This document shows, piece after piece, positions 11,667-26,854 of a stretch of 32,000 bases of DNA. The notes beneath the pieces were generated by a model. It was given only the letters and a program-made list of their open reading frames with translations, ran no database searches and was not told the DNA's origin. Location of the stretch: assembly GCA_015134435.1 (NCBI GenBank), contig CP043989.1, positions 180,001 through 212,000 of the forward strand, written 5' to 3'. Both the position numbers and the translations under genes were made by a program. Position 1 is the first letter of the stretch. Each line of letters starts with the position of its first letter. This DNA comes from Candidatus Saccharimonadota bacterium (lineage in GTDB: Bacteria; Pseudomonadota; Gammaproteobacteria; Enterobacterales; Enterobacteriaceae).

Positions 11667-12269
11667 ATTAATTGAAGATTTAATAATAATATTACTTTTA
11701 TTAAAACCTGGAATAGATCCTTTTATTAATAAAATATTTTTTTTATTATATATTTTTATTACTTTAAGAAATTTTAAAGTAATTCGATTATTACCTAAAC
11801 GACCGGACATTTTTTTTCCTTTAAATACTTTTCCAGGACTTTGATTTTGACCTATAGAACCGGGAGCTCTATGAGATAAAGAATTACCATGAGAACTATC
11901 TTGAGAACTAAAATTTCATCTTTTTATAGTACCACAAAATCCTTTACCTTTAGAATAACCCGTTATATCAACTTTTTTTACATTTTTAAATAAATTAATA
12001 TTAATAATTTTACCAACATAAGTATGTATATTTTTAATATAAGGAATTTCTCATAACCCTTCACCAGGTAATATATTTAATTTATTATAAAATCCTAATT
12101 CACATTTATTTAAATATTTTTTTTTTTTTTTACCTGTAGTAACTTGAACAGTATATTTATTAATACAAGTAATAATATTTTCTTTTATTTTTATAATAGT
12201 AACAGGTATTAAATAATTTTTAATAAAAATACTAGTCATACCTATTTTTTTACCAATTAAAGATATCAT
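11667..12269 (-). CDS. rplC: 50S ribosomal protein L3
   Basis: Track ORF 12051..12269 ([15 protein letters not shown]...) ends at TGA. It continues ..[61 protein letters not shown].. to TAA 11667-11669. 200 aa. Confidence 0.93.
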
Positions 12270-12286
12270 TTTATTATATAAATATA

Positions 12287-12598
12287 TTATTTTAAACTAA
12301 TTTGAACATCAACACCAGAAGCTAAATTTAATTTCATTAAAGCATCAACAGTTTTATCAGTAGATTCAATTATATCTATTAAACGTTTATGTGTTCTAAT
12401 TTCATATTGATCTCTTGCATCTTTATCTACATGAGGAGAAGTTAATACAGTAAAACGTTCAATAGAAGTAGGTAACGGAATAGGACCACAAACTTGTGCT
12501 CCAGTTTTTTTAGCTGTTTCTATTATCTCTAAAGTAGAAATATCTACTAAACGATGATCAAAAGATTTTAATTTTATACGTATTTTTTGATTTTTCAT
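12287..12598 (-). CDS. rpsJ: 30S ribosomal protein S10
   Basis: Track ORF, 103 aa. [71 protein letters not shown] is near-canonical S10. Confidence 0.97.
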   Translation of the reverse strand: MKNQKIRIKLKSFDHRLVDISTLEIIETAKKTGAQVCGPIPLPTSIERFTVLTSPHVDKDARDQYEIRTHKRLIDIIESTDKTVDALMKLNLASGVDVQISLK

Positions 12599-12609
12599 TT
12601 TTTTTTAAT

Positions 12610-13794
12610 TTATAAAATAATTTTAGTTACTATACCAGCACCAACTGTACGTCCACCTTCTCTTATAGCAAAACGTAAACCTTCATTCATAGCTACAGGA
12701 TTAAATAATTTAATTAAAAATTTAATATTATCACCAGGCATAACCATTTTTACTTTTTTTGGTAATTTTATAGTTCCAGTAACATCAGTAGTACGAAAAT
12801 AAAATTGAGGACGATATCCATTTAAAAAAGCAGTATGTCTACCTCCTTCTTCTTTAGATAAAATATATACTTCAGCTTCAAAAGAAGTATGAGGATTAAT
12901 ACTACCAACTTTAGCTAAAACTTGACCTCTTTCAATCTCTTCTCTTTTAATACCTCTTAATAATATTCCAACATTTTCTCCAGCTCTACCTTCATTTAAT
13001 AATTTACGAAACATTTCTATACCAGTACATATAGATTTTTTAGTATCACGTATACCAACAATTTCTACCTCTTCTCCAATTTTTATAATACCTTTATCTA
13101 TTCTACCAGTAACTACTGTACCTCTACCAGAAATAGAAAAAATATCTTCAATAGGCATTAAAAATGGTTCATCAATATTCCTAATAGGATTAGGTATATA
13201 ATTATCTAAAATTTCAGATAAATCAAAAATTTTATTTTCTCATTTCTCTATACCTTCTAAAGCTTTTAATGCAGATCCTCTAATAATAGGAGTATTACTT
13301 CCAGGAAAATTATATTGATTTAATATATCTCTAATTTCCATTTCAACTAATTCTAATAATTCTTTATCATCAACCATATCACATTTATTTAAAAAAACAA
13401 TTATATATGGAACTCCTACTTGACGAGCTAACAATATATGTTCTCTAGTTTGAGGCATAGGACCATCTGTAGCAGAAACAACTAAAATTGCACCATCCAT
13501 TTGTGCAGCTCCGGTAATCATATTTTTAATATAATCAGCATGACCAGGACAATCAACATGAGCATAATGTCTATTTAAAGTATCATATTCAACATGAGAA
13601 GTATTAATTGTAATTCCTCTAGCTTTTTCTTCAGGAGCATTATCTATTTGATCAAATGTACATGCTTTACCACCATATTTTTTAGATAAAATAGTTGTTA
13701 TAGCTGAAGTTAAAGTAGTTTTACCATGATCTACATGGCCTATAGTACCTACATTTATATGAATTTTATTACGATTAAATTTTTCTTTTGACAT
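12610..13794 (-). CDS. tuf: Elongation factor Tu
   Basis: Track ORFs 13240..13794 and 12610..13158 are in one frame (1185 nt). The break is TGA 13240-13242 in ..ALEGIEK-W-ENKIFDL.. (E. coli ..EGDAEWEAKILEL). G1-G4 motifs are intact ([17 protein letters not shown]). Residues [36 protein letters not shown] and [24 protein letters not shown] match gamma-type rather than beta-type EF-Tu. Confidence 0.98.
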
Positions 13795-13819
13795 AATTTA
13801 TTCACCTTAATATTATTAA

Positions 13820-15949
13820 TTAATTATTACGTAATTTTACTATTTTTTTACATATATCTCTAGGAGATATAGAATATTTATAAAATTTCATAAAATATAA
13901 TGCTCTACCTTGAGTACAAGATCTTAAATCAGTAGCATAACCAAACATTTCTGATAAAGGTGTATATGATTTTATTAATTTACCCAAATTTATATCATTA
14001 ACTTCTTCAATTATACTTCTACGACGATTTAAATCTCCTATAATATCACCTATATATTCTTCAGGAGTTTCAATTTCTACCTTCATTATAGGTTCTAATA
14101 TTACTGGATCAGCTTTTAAAAAAGCTTTTTTAAAAGCTATTGCTGCTGCCATTTTAAAAGCTATTTCTGAAGAATCAACATCATGATAAGATCCAAAAAA
14201 TAATCTAACTTTAATATTAGTTACAGGATATCCAGCTAAAGGACCTAATTTTAATTGTTCATATATACCTTTATTAATTGCTGATATATATTCATTAGGA
14301 ATTATTCCACCTTTAATATCATTTATAAATAAATAACCATTTTTTGATAATTTATATTCAGATTTTAATAAAGGAAATAAATCTATAACCACATGACCAT
14401 ATTGACCTCTACCACCAGTCTGTTTTATATATTTACCTTCTATATTTTTAATACTATTTAATATAGTTTCCCTATAAGCAACTTCAGGCTTTCCTTTATT
14501 ACAATTAACATTAAATTCTCTTTTCATTCTATCAACAATTATATCTAAATGTAATTCACCCATACCAGATATTATAGTTTGATTTGATTCTTTATCAAAA
14601 AAACTTTTAAAAGAAGGATCTTCTTGAGATAATTTAAATAAAGCAATACTTAATTTTTCTTGATCATATTTTGTTTTAGGTTCTAAAGATAAAGAAATAA
14701 CAGGATTAGGAAAATCTATTTTTTCTAAAATAATTGGATTATTTATATCACATAAAGTATCTCCAGTATTAACATCTTTTAAACCTATTGCTGCAGCAAT
14801 ATCACCAGAAAAAATTTCTTTAATTTCTTCTTTTTTATTAGCATGCATTTGAACAATACGACCAATACGTTCATATTTATTTTTATTAGAATTTAAAATA
14901 ATATCACCTGATTTTATAGAACCAGAATATATTCTTAAAAAAGTTAAATTTCCTACAAAAATATCATTTATAATTTTAAAAGCTAAAGCTGAAAAAAACT
15001 CTTTATCATCAATTTTACGTTTAACAACAAAATTATTTTTTAAATTTAAACCAGTTATTTCATTTAAATCTTTAGGAGAAGGTAAATAATCTATTATAGC
15101 ATCTAATAAACATTGAATACCTTTATTTTTAAAAGCAGAACCACAAGTAACTAATAAAATATTATTTTTTAAAACTTCATTACGTAAAATATTTTTTATT
15201 TCATATTCATTAAAATCAATACCATCAAAATATTTATTCATTAATAAATCAGATTTATCAGCAACAAATTCTATTATTTTTTGACGTCAAAAATATGCTA
15301 AATCATAAATTTTATTATCTTTTAAAATATCTTTAATAGAAAAATTTATTCCTAAATCATTTTTTTTTCAAATTATTAATTTAAATTTTATTAAATCAAT
15401 AACACCTAAAAAATTATTTTCTACACCTATAGGTATTTGTATAGGTAAAGCATTAATTTTAAATTTATTATTTAATTGATTAACAACATTAAAAAAATCA
15501 GCTCCTATTCTATCCATTTTATTAATAAAAGCTATTCTAGGAATATTATATTTATTTACTTGTCTTCAAACAGTTTCAGATTGAGGTTGTACTCCCCCAA
15601 CAGAACAATAAATCATAATAGCGCCATCTAAGACTCTCATAGAACGTTCTACTTCTATAGTAAAATCAACATGTCCTGGAGTATCAATTATATTTATTCT
15701 ATAAGGTAATTTAAATTGTTTAAACATACCTGATCAAAAAGTAGTAGTTGAAGCAGAAGTAATAGTAATACCTCTTTCTTGTTCTTGTTCCATTCAATCC
15801 ATAGTAGCAGTACCGTGATGAACCTCTCCTAATTTATAATTAACTCCTGTATAAAATAAAATTCTTTCAGTAAGAGTTGTTTTTCCAGCATCAATATGAG
15901 CACTAATTCCAATATTTCTATAATTATATATAGAAGTTTTACGAGACAT
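13820..15949 (-). CDS. fusA: Elongation factor G
   Basis: ATG 15947-15949, in frame with track ORF 13820..15241 (2130 nt, 709 aa). N-terminus [35 protein letters not shown]...[27 protein letters not shown]...[15 protein letters not shown]...QSETVWRQ, with all TGAs at conserved W. Confidence 0.97.
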
Positions 15950-15978
15950 TTAATTAAATTCCTCAAAACTATTTATAA

Positions 15979-16455
15979 TTATCATCTATAATGAGCAAAA
16001 GCTTTATTAGATTCAGCCATACGATGAACTTCATCACGTTTTTTAATAGAAAAACCTTTTTTTTTTATAGCATCTAATAATTCATCAGATAATTTTAAAA
16101 TCATATTTTTTTTATTTGATCTCTTTCTTGCATAAAATATTATTCAACGTATTGCTAAAGTATAACCTCTAGAAGGTTTAACTTCTACAGGAATTTGATA
16201 AGTTGTTCCACCTACTCTTCTAGATTTTACTTCAACAATAGGTTTAACATTATTTATAGCTTTTTCTAATAAAAATAATCTATCTTTTTTACTTTTATTA
16301 GATAAAATATTTAATGAACTATATAAAATATTTTCAGCAATAGATTTTTTACCATTTAACATTAAAATATTAATAAATTTAGTAATTAATTTAGAATTAT
16401 ATATATAATCTGGAATAATATTACGTGAAATATTAATTATATTTTTTCTTGACAT
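15979..16455 (-). CDS. rpsG: 30S ribosomal protein S7
   Basis: Track ORF 16144..16455 ends at TGA. It continues ..[14 protein letters not shown]...[19 protein letters not shown] and ends exactly like E. coli S7 (..KAFAHYRW). TAA at 15979-15981. 158 aa. Confidence 0.94.
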
Positions 16456-16481
16456 ATAATTTTACTCTTTTATTATATAAA

Positions 16482-16850
16482 TTATTTTTTTTTAACTCCA
16501 TATTTTGATCTAGATCTTTTTCTATTTTTAACACCAATACAATCTAAAGAACCACGAATAACATGATAACGTACACCAGGTAAATCTTTTACTCTTCCAC
16601 CTCTAATTAAAACAACTGAATGTTCTTGTAAATTATGACCTTCACCAGGAATATAAGCAGTTACTTCAAAACCATTTGTTAAACGAACTCTACATACTTT
16701 TCTTAATGCAGAATTAGGTTTTTTAGGTGTAATAGTATAAACTTTAATACAAACTCCTCTTTTTTGAGGACATCCACATAAAGCTGGAACATTATTTTTA
16801 TTCTTTTTTTTTATACGAAATTTATTTATTAATTGATTAATAGTAGACAT
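16482..16850 (-). CDS. rpsL: 30S ribosomal protein S12
   Basis: Track ORF, 122 aa. MSTINQLI...[79 protein letters not shown] is canonical S12. First gene of the long minus-strand block. Confidence 0.98.
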   Translation of the reverse strand: MSTINQLINKFRIKKKNKNNVPALCGCPQKRGVCIKVYTITPKKPNSALRKVCRVRLTNGFEVTAYIPGEGHNLQEHSVVLIRGGRVKDLPGVRYHVIRGSLDCIGVKNRKRSRSKYGVKKK

Positions 16851-16922
16851 TTTTTACCTATATTTAAAATAAATACTATAATATTACATTTTATATATTT
16901 ATATTTATAAATTATAATAATA

Positions 16923-16958
16923 TATATATTATAATATATATATATATTATAATATATA
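16923..16958. repeat. Perfect 18-nt tandem duplication (tatatattataatatata x2) in TA-rich divergent spacer
   Basis: 16923-16940 and 16941-16958 are identical. They lie inside the 146-nt all-A/T spacer between the rpsL start (16850) and tRNA-Cys (16997). Confidence 0.8.
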
Positions 16959-16996
16959 ATTATATATATAATATATATATAATATAATAATTATAT

Positions 16997-17067
16997 AGCG
17001 TGTTGGCAGATAGGTAATGCAGTGGATTGCAAATCCATATATCTCGGTTCAATTCCGAGACACGCTT
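16997..17067 (+). tRNA. cysT: tRNA-Cys (anticodon GCA)
   Basis: Manual cloverleaf: acceptor agcgtgt/acacgct, anticodon stem gtgga/tccat with loop ttGCAaa, T arm ctcgg-ttcaatt-ccgag. Collinear with E. coli tRNA-Cys. No encoded CCA (followed by ata). Confidence 0.88.
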
Positions 17068-17073
17068 ATAAAA

Positions 17074-17157
17074 GCCCTAGTGGTGAAAAGGTAGACACAA
17101 GGGACTTAAAATCCCTCGATTAAATAAATCATGCGGGTTCGAATCCCGCCTTGGGTA
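17074..17157 (+). tRNA. leuZ: tRNA-Leu (anticodon UAA), class II with long variable arm
   Basis: Collinear with E. coli leuZ: gccctag tg gtg-aaaaggtagac-cac a aggga-ctTAAaa-tccct, variable arm cgattaaataaatcat, T arm gcggg-ttcgaat-cccgc, then cttgggt a. One U5:U68 mismatch in the acceptor stem. No encoded CCA. Cys-Leu(UAA) adjacency as in E. coli cysT-leuZ. Confidence 0.85.
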
Positions 17158-17174
17158 TAAAAATAAATATATTT

Positions 17175-17621
17175 ATGTCAAAAATATTAATTTATCCAAA
17201 TAAAATTTTAAGAAAAAAAAGTAAAAAAATAAATAAATTTAATAATAAATTAAAAAAAATAATAAATAATATGTTTATTATAATGTATAAATATAATGGT
17301 ATTGGTTTATCAGGTATACAAATTAATATAAAAAAATCTATATTTATAATAGATATATTAAAAAAAAAAAATAGTAAATTAATATTTATTAACCCAAAAA
17401 TAATAAAAAAAAAAAAAATAATAAAATCAATAGAAGGATGTTTATCAATACCTAATAAATATATAAAAATTAAAAGATATAAATATTTAATAATAAAATC
17501 ATATAATATAAAAGGTAAAAAAAATATTTTTTATACAAAAAATTTATTATCAATATGTATACAACATGAAATAGATCACATAAATGGAAAATTAATAATA
17601 GATTATAAAAATGAAAAATAA
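17175..17621 (+). CDS. def: Peptide deformylase
   Basis: Track ORF 17151..17621. I start it at ATG 17175 (MSKILIYPNKILRKKSK..) because the upstream ATG lies inside tRNA-Leu. All three PDF motifs are present: GIGLSGIQ, EGCLSIP, QHEIDHINGK. Confidence 0.92.
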   Translation: MSKILIYPNKILRKKSKKINKFNNKLKKIINNMFIIMYKYNGIGLSGIQINIKKSIFIIDILKKKNSKLIFINPKIIKKKKIIKSIEGCLSIPNKYIKIKRYKYLIIKSYNIKGKKNIFYTKNLLSICIQHEIDHINGKLIIDYKNEK

Positions 17622-18546
17622 AATAAATATATTATTTGTTAGTATTAATGATTTTAGTTGAATTTTTTTTAAAAAAATTATTAAAAATAAATTATTTAAT
17701 ATAAAATATATATTAACAAAAAAAAATAAAAATAATAAATTATTTATAAAAAAAATTTTAAAAAAAAAAATAAAAATAATATATACACAATCTATAAAAA
17801 AATTAAAAAAAATTAAAAATAAATTAAAAAATATTAATTTAGATTTAGGTATAATTATATCTTATGGATTTATAATACCAAAATCAATAATTAAAATACC
17901 TAAATTTGGTTTTATAAATATACATGCATCTTTATTACCAAAATGAAAAGGACCTGCTCCAATACAGTGATCTATATTATCAAATGATAAAAATACTGGA
18001 ATAACAATAATAAAAATTAATAAAAATATAGATGAAGGAGATATAATATATCAAAAAAAAATATTAATAAAAAAAAAAGATAATTATATAACATTATTTA
18101 AAAAAATACAAAAAATAGGATATAAAATATTACCTATAATTATAATAAAAATATTTAATAAAAATATAAAATATATAAAACAAAAAATTATAAAAAATAA
18201 ATATGCAAGAAAAATAATAAAAAAAGATGGTTTAATAATATGAAAAAAAGATAAAGCTGAATATATAAAAAAAAAAATTAAAGCTTTTTATAAATGACCA
18301 AAAACTTTTTTTTATTATTTAAATAAAATATTTTTTATATGATCAATTTCAATTATAAAAAAATTAAAAAAAAAAAATATACCAGGAAAAATTTTAAAAT
18401 ATAATAAAAATGAATTAATTATATGTACTAAAAATATACCAATAAAAATAAAAAAAATTCAATTAAATAATAAAAAAAAAATTAAAATATCAAATTTATT
18501 TTATTCACAACCAAAATTATTTATTATAAATAAAATATTAAAATAA
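17611..18546 (+). CDS. fmt: Methionyl-tRNA formyltransferase
   Basis: Missed by the track (about 7 in-frame TGAs). ATG 17611 overlaps the def end by 11 nt. MKNKINILFVSINDFSW...GFINIHASLLPKWKGPAPIQWSILSNDKNTGITIIKINKNIDEGDIIYQ matches the Fmt core (E. coli [22 protein letters not shown]). TAA at 18544-18546. 311 aa. def-fmt order conserved. Confidence 0.9.
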
Positions 18547-18554
18547 AAATTTTT

Positions 18555-19310
18555 TTATTTTTTTTTAATTTGTCTTAATATTTCAAAAATAATTATACCA
18601 TAAGCAACAGATACATTTAATGAATTAATTTTAAATATAGGTATATTTAATAATATATCACATTTTTTTTTAATAGATAATTTAATTCCATTTTTTTCAG
18701 AACCTAATATTAAAGCATAATTTTTATAATTTAAAAAATTTATATCATATAAATTTTTTTTACTATTAATACATGTACCTATAATTTTAAAATTATATAA
18801 TTTTAAAAAAATTATTATTTTATATATAGATAAAACTTCAAAAATTAATATTTTATATATAGCTCCATTAGAAATTTTATGAACTATATTATTTTCTATA
18901 GAAACAGAATTATTTTTACTTACTATTATACAATCTATATTTGCTGCAACAGCAGTTCTTATACAAGAACCTAAATTATAAGGACTATTAATATTATCTA
19001 AAATTAATAAATTATTTAATTTTTTATTTTTAATAATATATAAAAGTTTTTTTTCATTATTATTATTAAATAATTTATTTTTTACTAAAGCTATTATACC
19101 TTGATGAATAAAATTAAATTTTTTAAATTTTTTTTTAAAAATATATTTATTTAAAATTTGAAAAGATATTTTTTCATTAATAATTATTTTTTTCAAATTT
19201 AATAATTTTATATTTTTTTTATTTAAACATAAAAATATTTTATTAATATATTTTTTTTTATATAAAATTAAATTTTTAATTGTATTAATACCATAAAAAA
19301 AATTTATCAT
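18555..19310 (-). CDS. rlmB: SpoU-family 23S rRNA (Gm2251) 2'-O-methyltransferase RlmB-like
   Basis: Track ORF, 251 aa. N-terminal YGINTIKNLI (RlmB-type substrate-binding domain), HQGIIA, LDNINSPYNLGSCIRTAVAANID, LILGSEKNGI and IPIFKINSLNVSVAYGIIIFE are the SpoU/TrmH motifs. It lies downstream of hflX on the same strand, as a collapsed version of E. coli hflX...rnr-rlmB. Confidence 0.8.
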   Translation of the reverse strand: MINFFYGINTIKNLILYKKKYINKIFLCLNKKNIKLLNLKKIIINEKISFQILNKYIFKKKFKKFNFIHQGIIALVKNKLFNNNNEKKLLYIIKNKKLNNLLILDNINSPYNLGSCIRTAVAANIDCIIVSKNNSVSIENNIVHKISNGAIYKILIFEVLSIYKIIIFLKLYNFKIIGTCINSKKNLYDINFLNYKNYALILGSEKNGIKLSIKKKCDILLNIPIFKINSLNVSVAYGIIIFEILRQIKKK

Positions 19311-19319
19311 AATAATTTA

Positions 19320-20579
19320 TTAATTTATTTTTTTTATAAAAGAATATTTTTTAATTAAATTTAAAAAAATTTTTTTTTTTAATATTATATTCATATAACA
19401 ATAAATATTATCATTTCATTCATTTATTATAGAATTATTTATATATAATTTTTTTTTTATTTTATAAACTAAATTTATAGGAATCATAATTTTATAATTT
19501 TTAATAGAATTAAAAAAATAAAAATTAATAACATCATAAATTAAATTAATACCTATGTTTTTTTTAGCTGAAATTCAAATTTTATAAGGATTTTTATATA
19601 AATCAAAATCAATTTTTTTATTACAATTTTTTATTTTATCTATTTTATTCATAATTAATATTATAGGTATATTAAATATATTAATATCATATAAAATATT
19701 ATTTACTATATTAATATTTTCATTAAAATATATATTAGATGCATCAACTACATGAAATATAAGTTTTGATTTATTAATTTCATCTAAAGTTCCTTTAAAA
19801 GCTTTCTTTATATTTTTAGGTAAATTTCTTATAAAACCTATAGTATCAGATAATAAAATATTATATTTAAATTTAAAAAAAATTATTTTTTTTATATAAG
19901 TATCTAAAGTAGAAAAAAAATTATTTTTACAATAATTATTATTATTAGTTAATAAATTAAATAAAGTTGATTTACCAGAATTAGTATATCCTACTAAAGA
20001 AATTTTAGGTATATTAAATTTATTTCTTAATTTTTCACTTTTATTTCTTTGAAAAATATTTTTTTTTAATTTTAAATTAATAATTTTAATTTTTTTTCTA
20101 ATAATTCTTTTATCTATTTCAATTTGTTTTTCACCTGGACCAGATATAAATTTTAAACCACCTTTTTGTCTTTCTAAATGAGTTCATCTATTTTTTAAAC
20201 GTGTACTTAAATATTTTAAATAAGCTAAATTTACTTGTAATTTTCCATAATTAGTATTAGCTCTATTTTTAAAAATATTTAATATAATATTAGTTCTATT
20301 TAATAATTTACAATTTAAAAATTTTTGTATATTATTTTCTTGTGAATATTTTAAATCAATATTTATTAATAATAAATTATATTTTTTTTCAAAAAAAATT
20401 TTTTTTAATTCAAATATTTTACCTTTACCAAAAAAAAATTTATTATTTGGTTTAATAATTTTTAAACTTATATATTTAAAATTTTTTATATTTAAAGATA
20501 AAACTAATTTTTTAAATTCTTTTTTTTCAATAATATTAATATATTTATTATATATAAATATAGCTAATTTTTTTTTCAT
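19320..20579 (-). CDS. hflX: GTPase HflX
   Basis: Track ORF 20184..20579 ends at TGA. It continues ..STRLKNR-W-THLERQKGGLKFISGPGEKQIEIDKR...LVGYTNSGKSTLFN (G1)...DTIGF (G3)...NKID (G4) to TAA 19320-19322 (1260 nt, 419 aa). Confidence 0.9.
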
Positions 20580-20596
20580 TAATATTATAATTTAAA

Positions 20597-21541
20597 TTAA
20601 TTAATAATTTTATTTATATAATTATAAATTTTTTTTATACAATTTTTATAATTATCTACTTCTATTATATAAGAATTAAATCATTTTTTTAATCAAACTA
20701 TTTGTTTCTTAATTAAATGAAACGTACTATTTATAGTATATTCAATCATTTGATTATAAGAAATTTTATTTTGAATATATAATCACATTTGTTTATATCC
20801 TATAGATTTTATAGAAGTCATATTTATATTTAAATCTCCTCTATTATATAAATATAATACTTCATTCTCAAAACCTAAATTTAACATATTATAAAATCTA
20901 TTTTTAATAATTTTATATAAAACATTTTTATTAGATGGTAAAAGTATAATTTTATGAAATTTAAAATTTAATTTATTTTTATTTTTTTTTTTTAAAAAAC
21001 TAACACTTTTTTTACTAATAAAAAAAATTTCTAAATTTCTTATTATTCTATATTTATCATTATAATGTATTTTTTTAGAAGATAGTAAATCTACTTTTTT
21101 TAATATATTAAATACATATTTATTACCATAATTTTTAAATAATAAATTAATATATTTTCTAATATTAATATTTGTTTTAGGTAAATTATATAATCCATTA
21201 AATAAAACATTAAAATACATCATAGAACCACCTACTAAAAAAGGAATATTATTTTTAATAAAAATACAATTAATTTCTTTTTTAACATCATAAAAAAAAT
21301 TATTTACAGAATAATATTCTTTAGGATCTAAAATATTAATTAATTTATGAGGATATTTTATTAATTCTTTTTTAGAAGGTTTAGCGGTACCTATATCTAA
21401 ATATTTATATATTAAAACTGAATCTACACTAATTATCTCTAAAGGAAATAAATTACATAATTCCATAGAAATAAAACTTTTACCTATACCAGTAGGTCCT
21501 AAAATACAAAAAACATTTTTATTATAAATATTTTTAAACAT
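20597..21541 (-). CDS. miaA: tRNA dimethylallyltransferase
   Basis: Track ORF 20783..21541 (ILGPTGIGKSFISMELC..EIISVDSVLIYKYLDIGTAKPSKKE..PHKLINILDP) ends at TGA in ..GYKQM-W-.. (E. coli GYRQMW). It continues ..KKQIVWLKKW.. to TAA 20597-20599. 314 aa. Only 17 nt to the hflX start, so hfq is not between them. Confidence 0.9.
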
Positions 21542-21656
21542 AAAAAATTAAATAATATATATATAAATATTATATTTATTTATTAAAAAAAATTAAAAAT
21601 TATTAATAATATTAATTATATTTAAAATTTTTTAATAAAAATTTTTTATAAAATAA

Positions 21657-21729
21657 AGCGGAAAACGAGATTTGAACTCGTGACTTTAACCTTGGCAAGG
21701 TTATACTCTACCAACTGAGTTATTTCCGC
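21657..21729 (-). tRNA. glyW: tRNA-Gly (anticodon GCC)
   Basis: Reverse complement gcggaaa ta actc-agttggta-gagt a taacc-ttGCCaa-ggtta aagtc acgag-ttcaaat-ctcgt tttccgc t. Collinear with E. coli Gly(GCC). No encoded CCA. Confidence 0.9.
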
Positions 21730-21772
21730 ATAAAATTATAAATATATACTTTAAAAATAATAAAAATATATT

Positions 21773-21846
21773 CGGTACGAACGGGATTTGAACCCGTGAT
21801 CTCCAGCGTGACAGGCTGACATTCTAACCAACTGAACTATCGTACC
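21773..21846 (-). tRNA. aspT: tRNA-Asp (anticodon GUC)
   Basis: Reverse complement ggtacga ta gttc-agttggtta-gaat g tcagc-ctGTCac-gctgg agatc acggg-ttcaaat-cccgt tcgtacc g. Collinear with E. coli tRNA-Asp. Only about 4 nt downstream of the 5S. No encoded CCA. Confidence 0.9.
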
Positions 21847-21850
21847 AAAT

Positions 21851-21971
21851 ATTTCTGGCGATGTCTTACTCTCACATAAGAAAAACCTTACACTACCATC
21901 AGCGCTATGACATTTCACTTCTGAGTTCGAAATGGATTCAGGTGGTTCTATCATGCTATTATCGCCAGAAA
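21851..21971 (-). rRNA. rrf: 5S ribosomal RNA
   Basis: Reverse complement tttctggcgataatagcatgatagaaccacctgaatccatttcgaactcagaagtgaaatgtcatagcgctgatggtagtgtaaggt...gagagtaagacatcgccagaaat aligns along the whole E. coli 5S. Ends +/-3 nt. Track ORF 21751..21954 is an artefact of this gene plus tRNA-Asp. Confidence 0.93.
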
Positions 21972-21976
21972 TTAAA

Positions 21977-21991
21977 ACATTTTTAAATTGC

Positions 21992-22000
<9 letters not shown>
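21977..22000. repeat. Distal arm of 24-nt perfect inverted repeat bracketing 23S rRNA (helix 1 plus processing stem)
   Basis: acatttttaaattgcgaagttaag (21977-22000) is the exact reverse complement of 24920-24943. Confidence 0.9.
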
Positions 22001-24919
<2,919 letters not shown>

Positions 24920-24927
<8 letters not shown>

Positions 24928-24943
24928 CGCAATTTAAAAATGT
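24920..24943. repeat. Proximal arm of 24-nt perfect inverted repeat bracketing 23S rRNA
   Basis: cttaacttcgcaatttaaaaatgt (24920-24943) is the exact reverse complement of 21977-22000. In the minus-strand precursor the two arms would pair across the whole 23S. Confidence 0.9.
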
Positions 24944-24964
24944 CTTACAATTATTAAAGAACTA

Positions 24965-25037
24965 CGTCTCCTAGGGGAATCGAACCCCTGCTATCGCCGT
25001 GAAAAAGCGATGTCCTAAACCTCTAGACGAAGAAGAC
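24965..25037 (-). tRNA. gltT: tRNA-Glu (anticodon UUC) in the 16S-23S spacer
   Basis: Reverse complement gtcttcttcgtctagaggtttaggacatcgctttTTCacggcgatagcaggggttcgattcccctaggagacg is collinear with E. coli tRNA-Glu (GTCCCCTTCGTCTAGAGGCCCAGGACACCGCCCTTTCACGGCGGTAACAGGGGTTCGAATCCCCTAGGGGACG). No encoded CCA. Confidence 0.9.
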
Positions 25038-25043
25038 AAAATA

Positions 25044-25078
25044 AAAAATAAAAAACTGTGTAATACTTATAAAATATT
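25044..25078. repeat. 16S trailer arm of interrupted inverted repeat (putative 16S processing stem)
   Basis: aaaaataaaaaactgtgtaatacttataaaatatt. Its reverse complement matches leader 26715-26752 at about 31 positions, with one mismatch, one small bulge and one 2-nt mismatch. Core aactgtgtaa (25054-25063) pairs with ttacacagtt (26731-26740). Confidence 0.75.
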
Positions 25079-25087
25079 TATCCTTAA

Positions 25088-26650
<1,563 letters not shown>

Positions 26651-26714
26651 AACAATACAACAATATATAATGTTCTTAAAATAAAAAACATTTTAAGAAT
26701 CAAAAAAATTTATT

Positions 26715-26752
26715 AATATTTTACAAGCACTTACACAGTTAATTATTTTTTT
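26715..26752. repeat. 16S leader arm of interrupted inverted repeat (putative 16S processing stem)
   Basis: aatattttacaagcacttacacagttaattattttttt, complementary to trailer 25044-25078 (see that feature). Confidence 0.75.
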
Positions 26753-26790
26753 AAAAGAACAAAAAAACTATAAAACAAATATAATATACT

Positions 26791-26819
26791 AATATAACAA
26801 AAAAAAAAAAATAAAACAA
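26791..26819 (-). promoter_or_regulatory. Candidate sigma70-type promoter of the rRNA operon (speculative)
   Basis: On the minus strand: TTGTTT (26814-26819), a 17-nt spacer, then TATATT (26791-26796), about 140 nt upstream of the 16S 5' end and upstream of the leader stem arm. -10-like hexamers are everywhere in this composition, so only the G-containing -35 and the spacing support the call. Confidence 0.25.
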
Positions 26820-26854
26820 GTAAAATATATATATATTTTTTTAAAATATTAAAA

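Noticed and set aside
12587-12802. Plus-strand ORF 12587..12802 (71 aa)
   Set aside because: It is antisense to the highly conserved 3' end of tuf and the start of rpsJ, with no independent support.
12610-15949. tuf, fusA and many other genes appear split into two or more ORFs, which suggests pseudogenes or frameshifts
   Set aside because: Every break is a TGA at a conserved Trp position. The fragments are in the same frame and sum to orthologue-like lengths. This is a code-4 artefact, not gene decay.
17151-17174. Upstream ATG (17151) as the def start
   Set aside because: It lies inside the tRNA-Leu(UAA) acceptor/T-arm region. PDF homology begins at MSKILIYPNKIL (ATG 17175).
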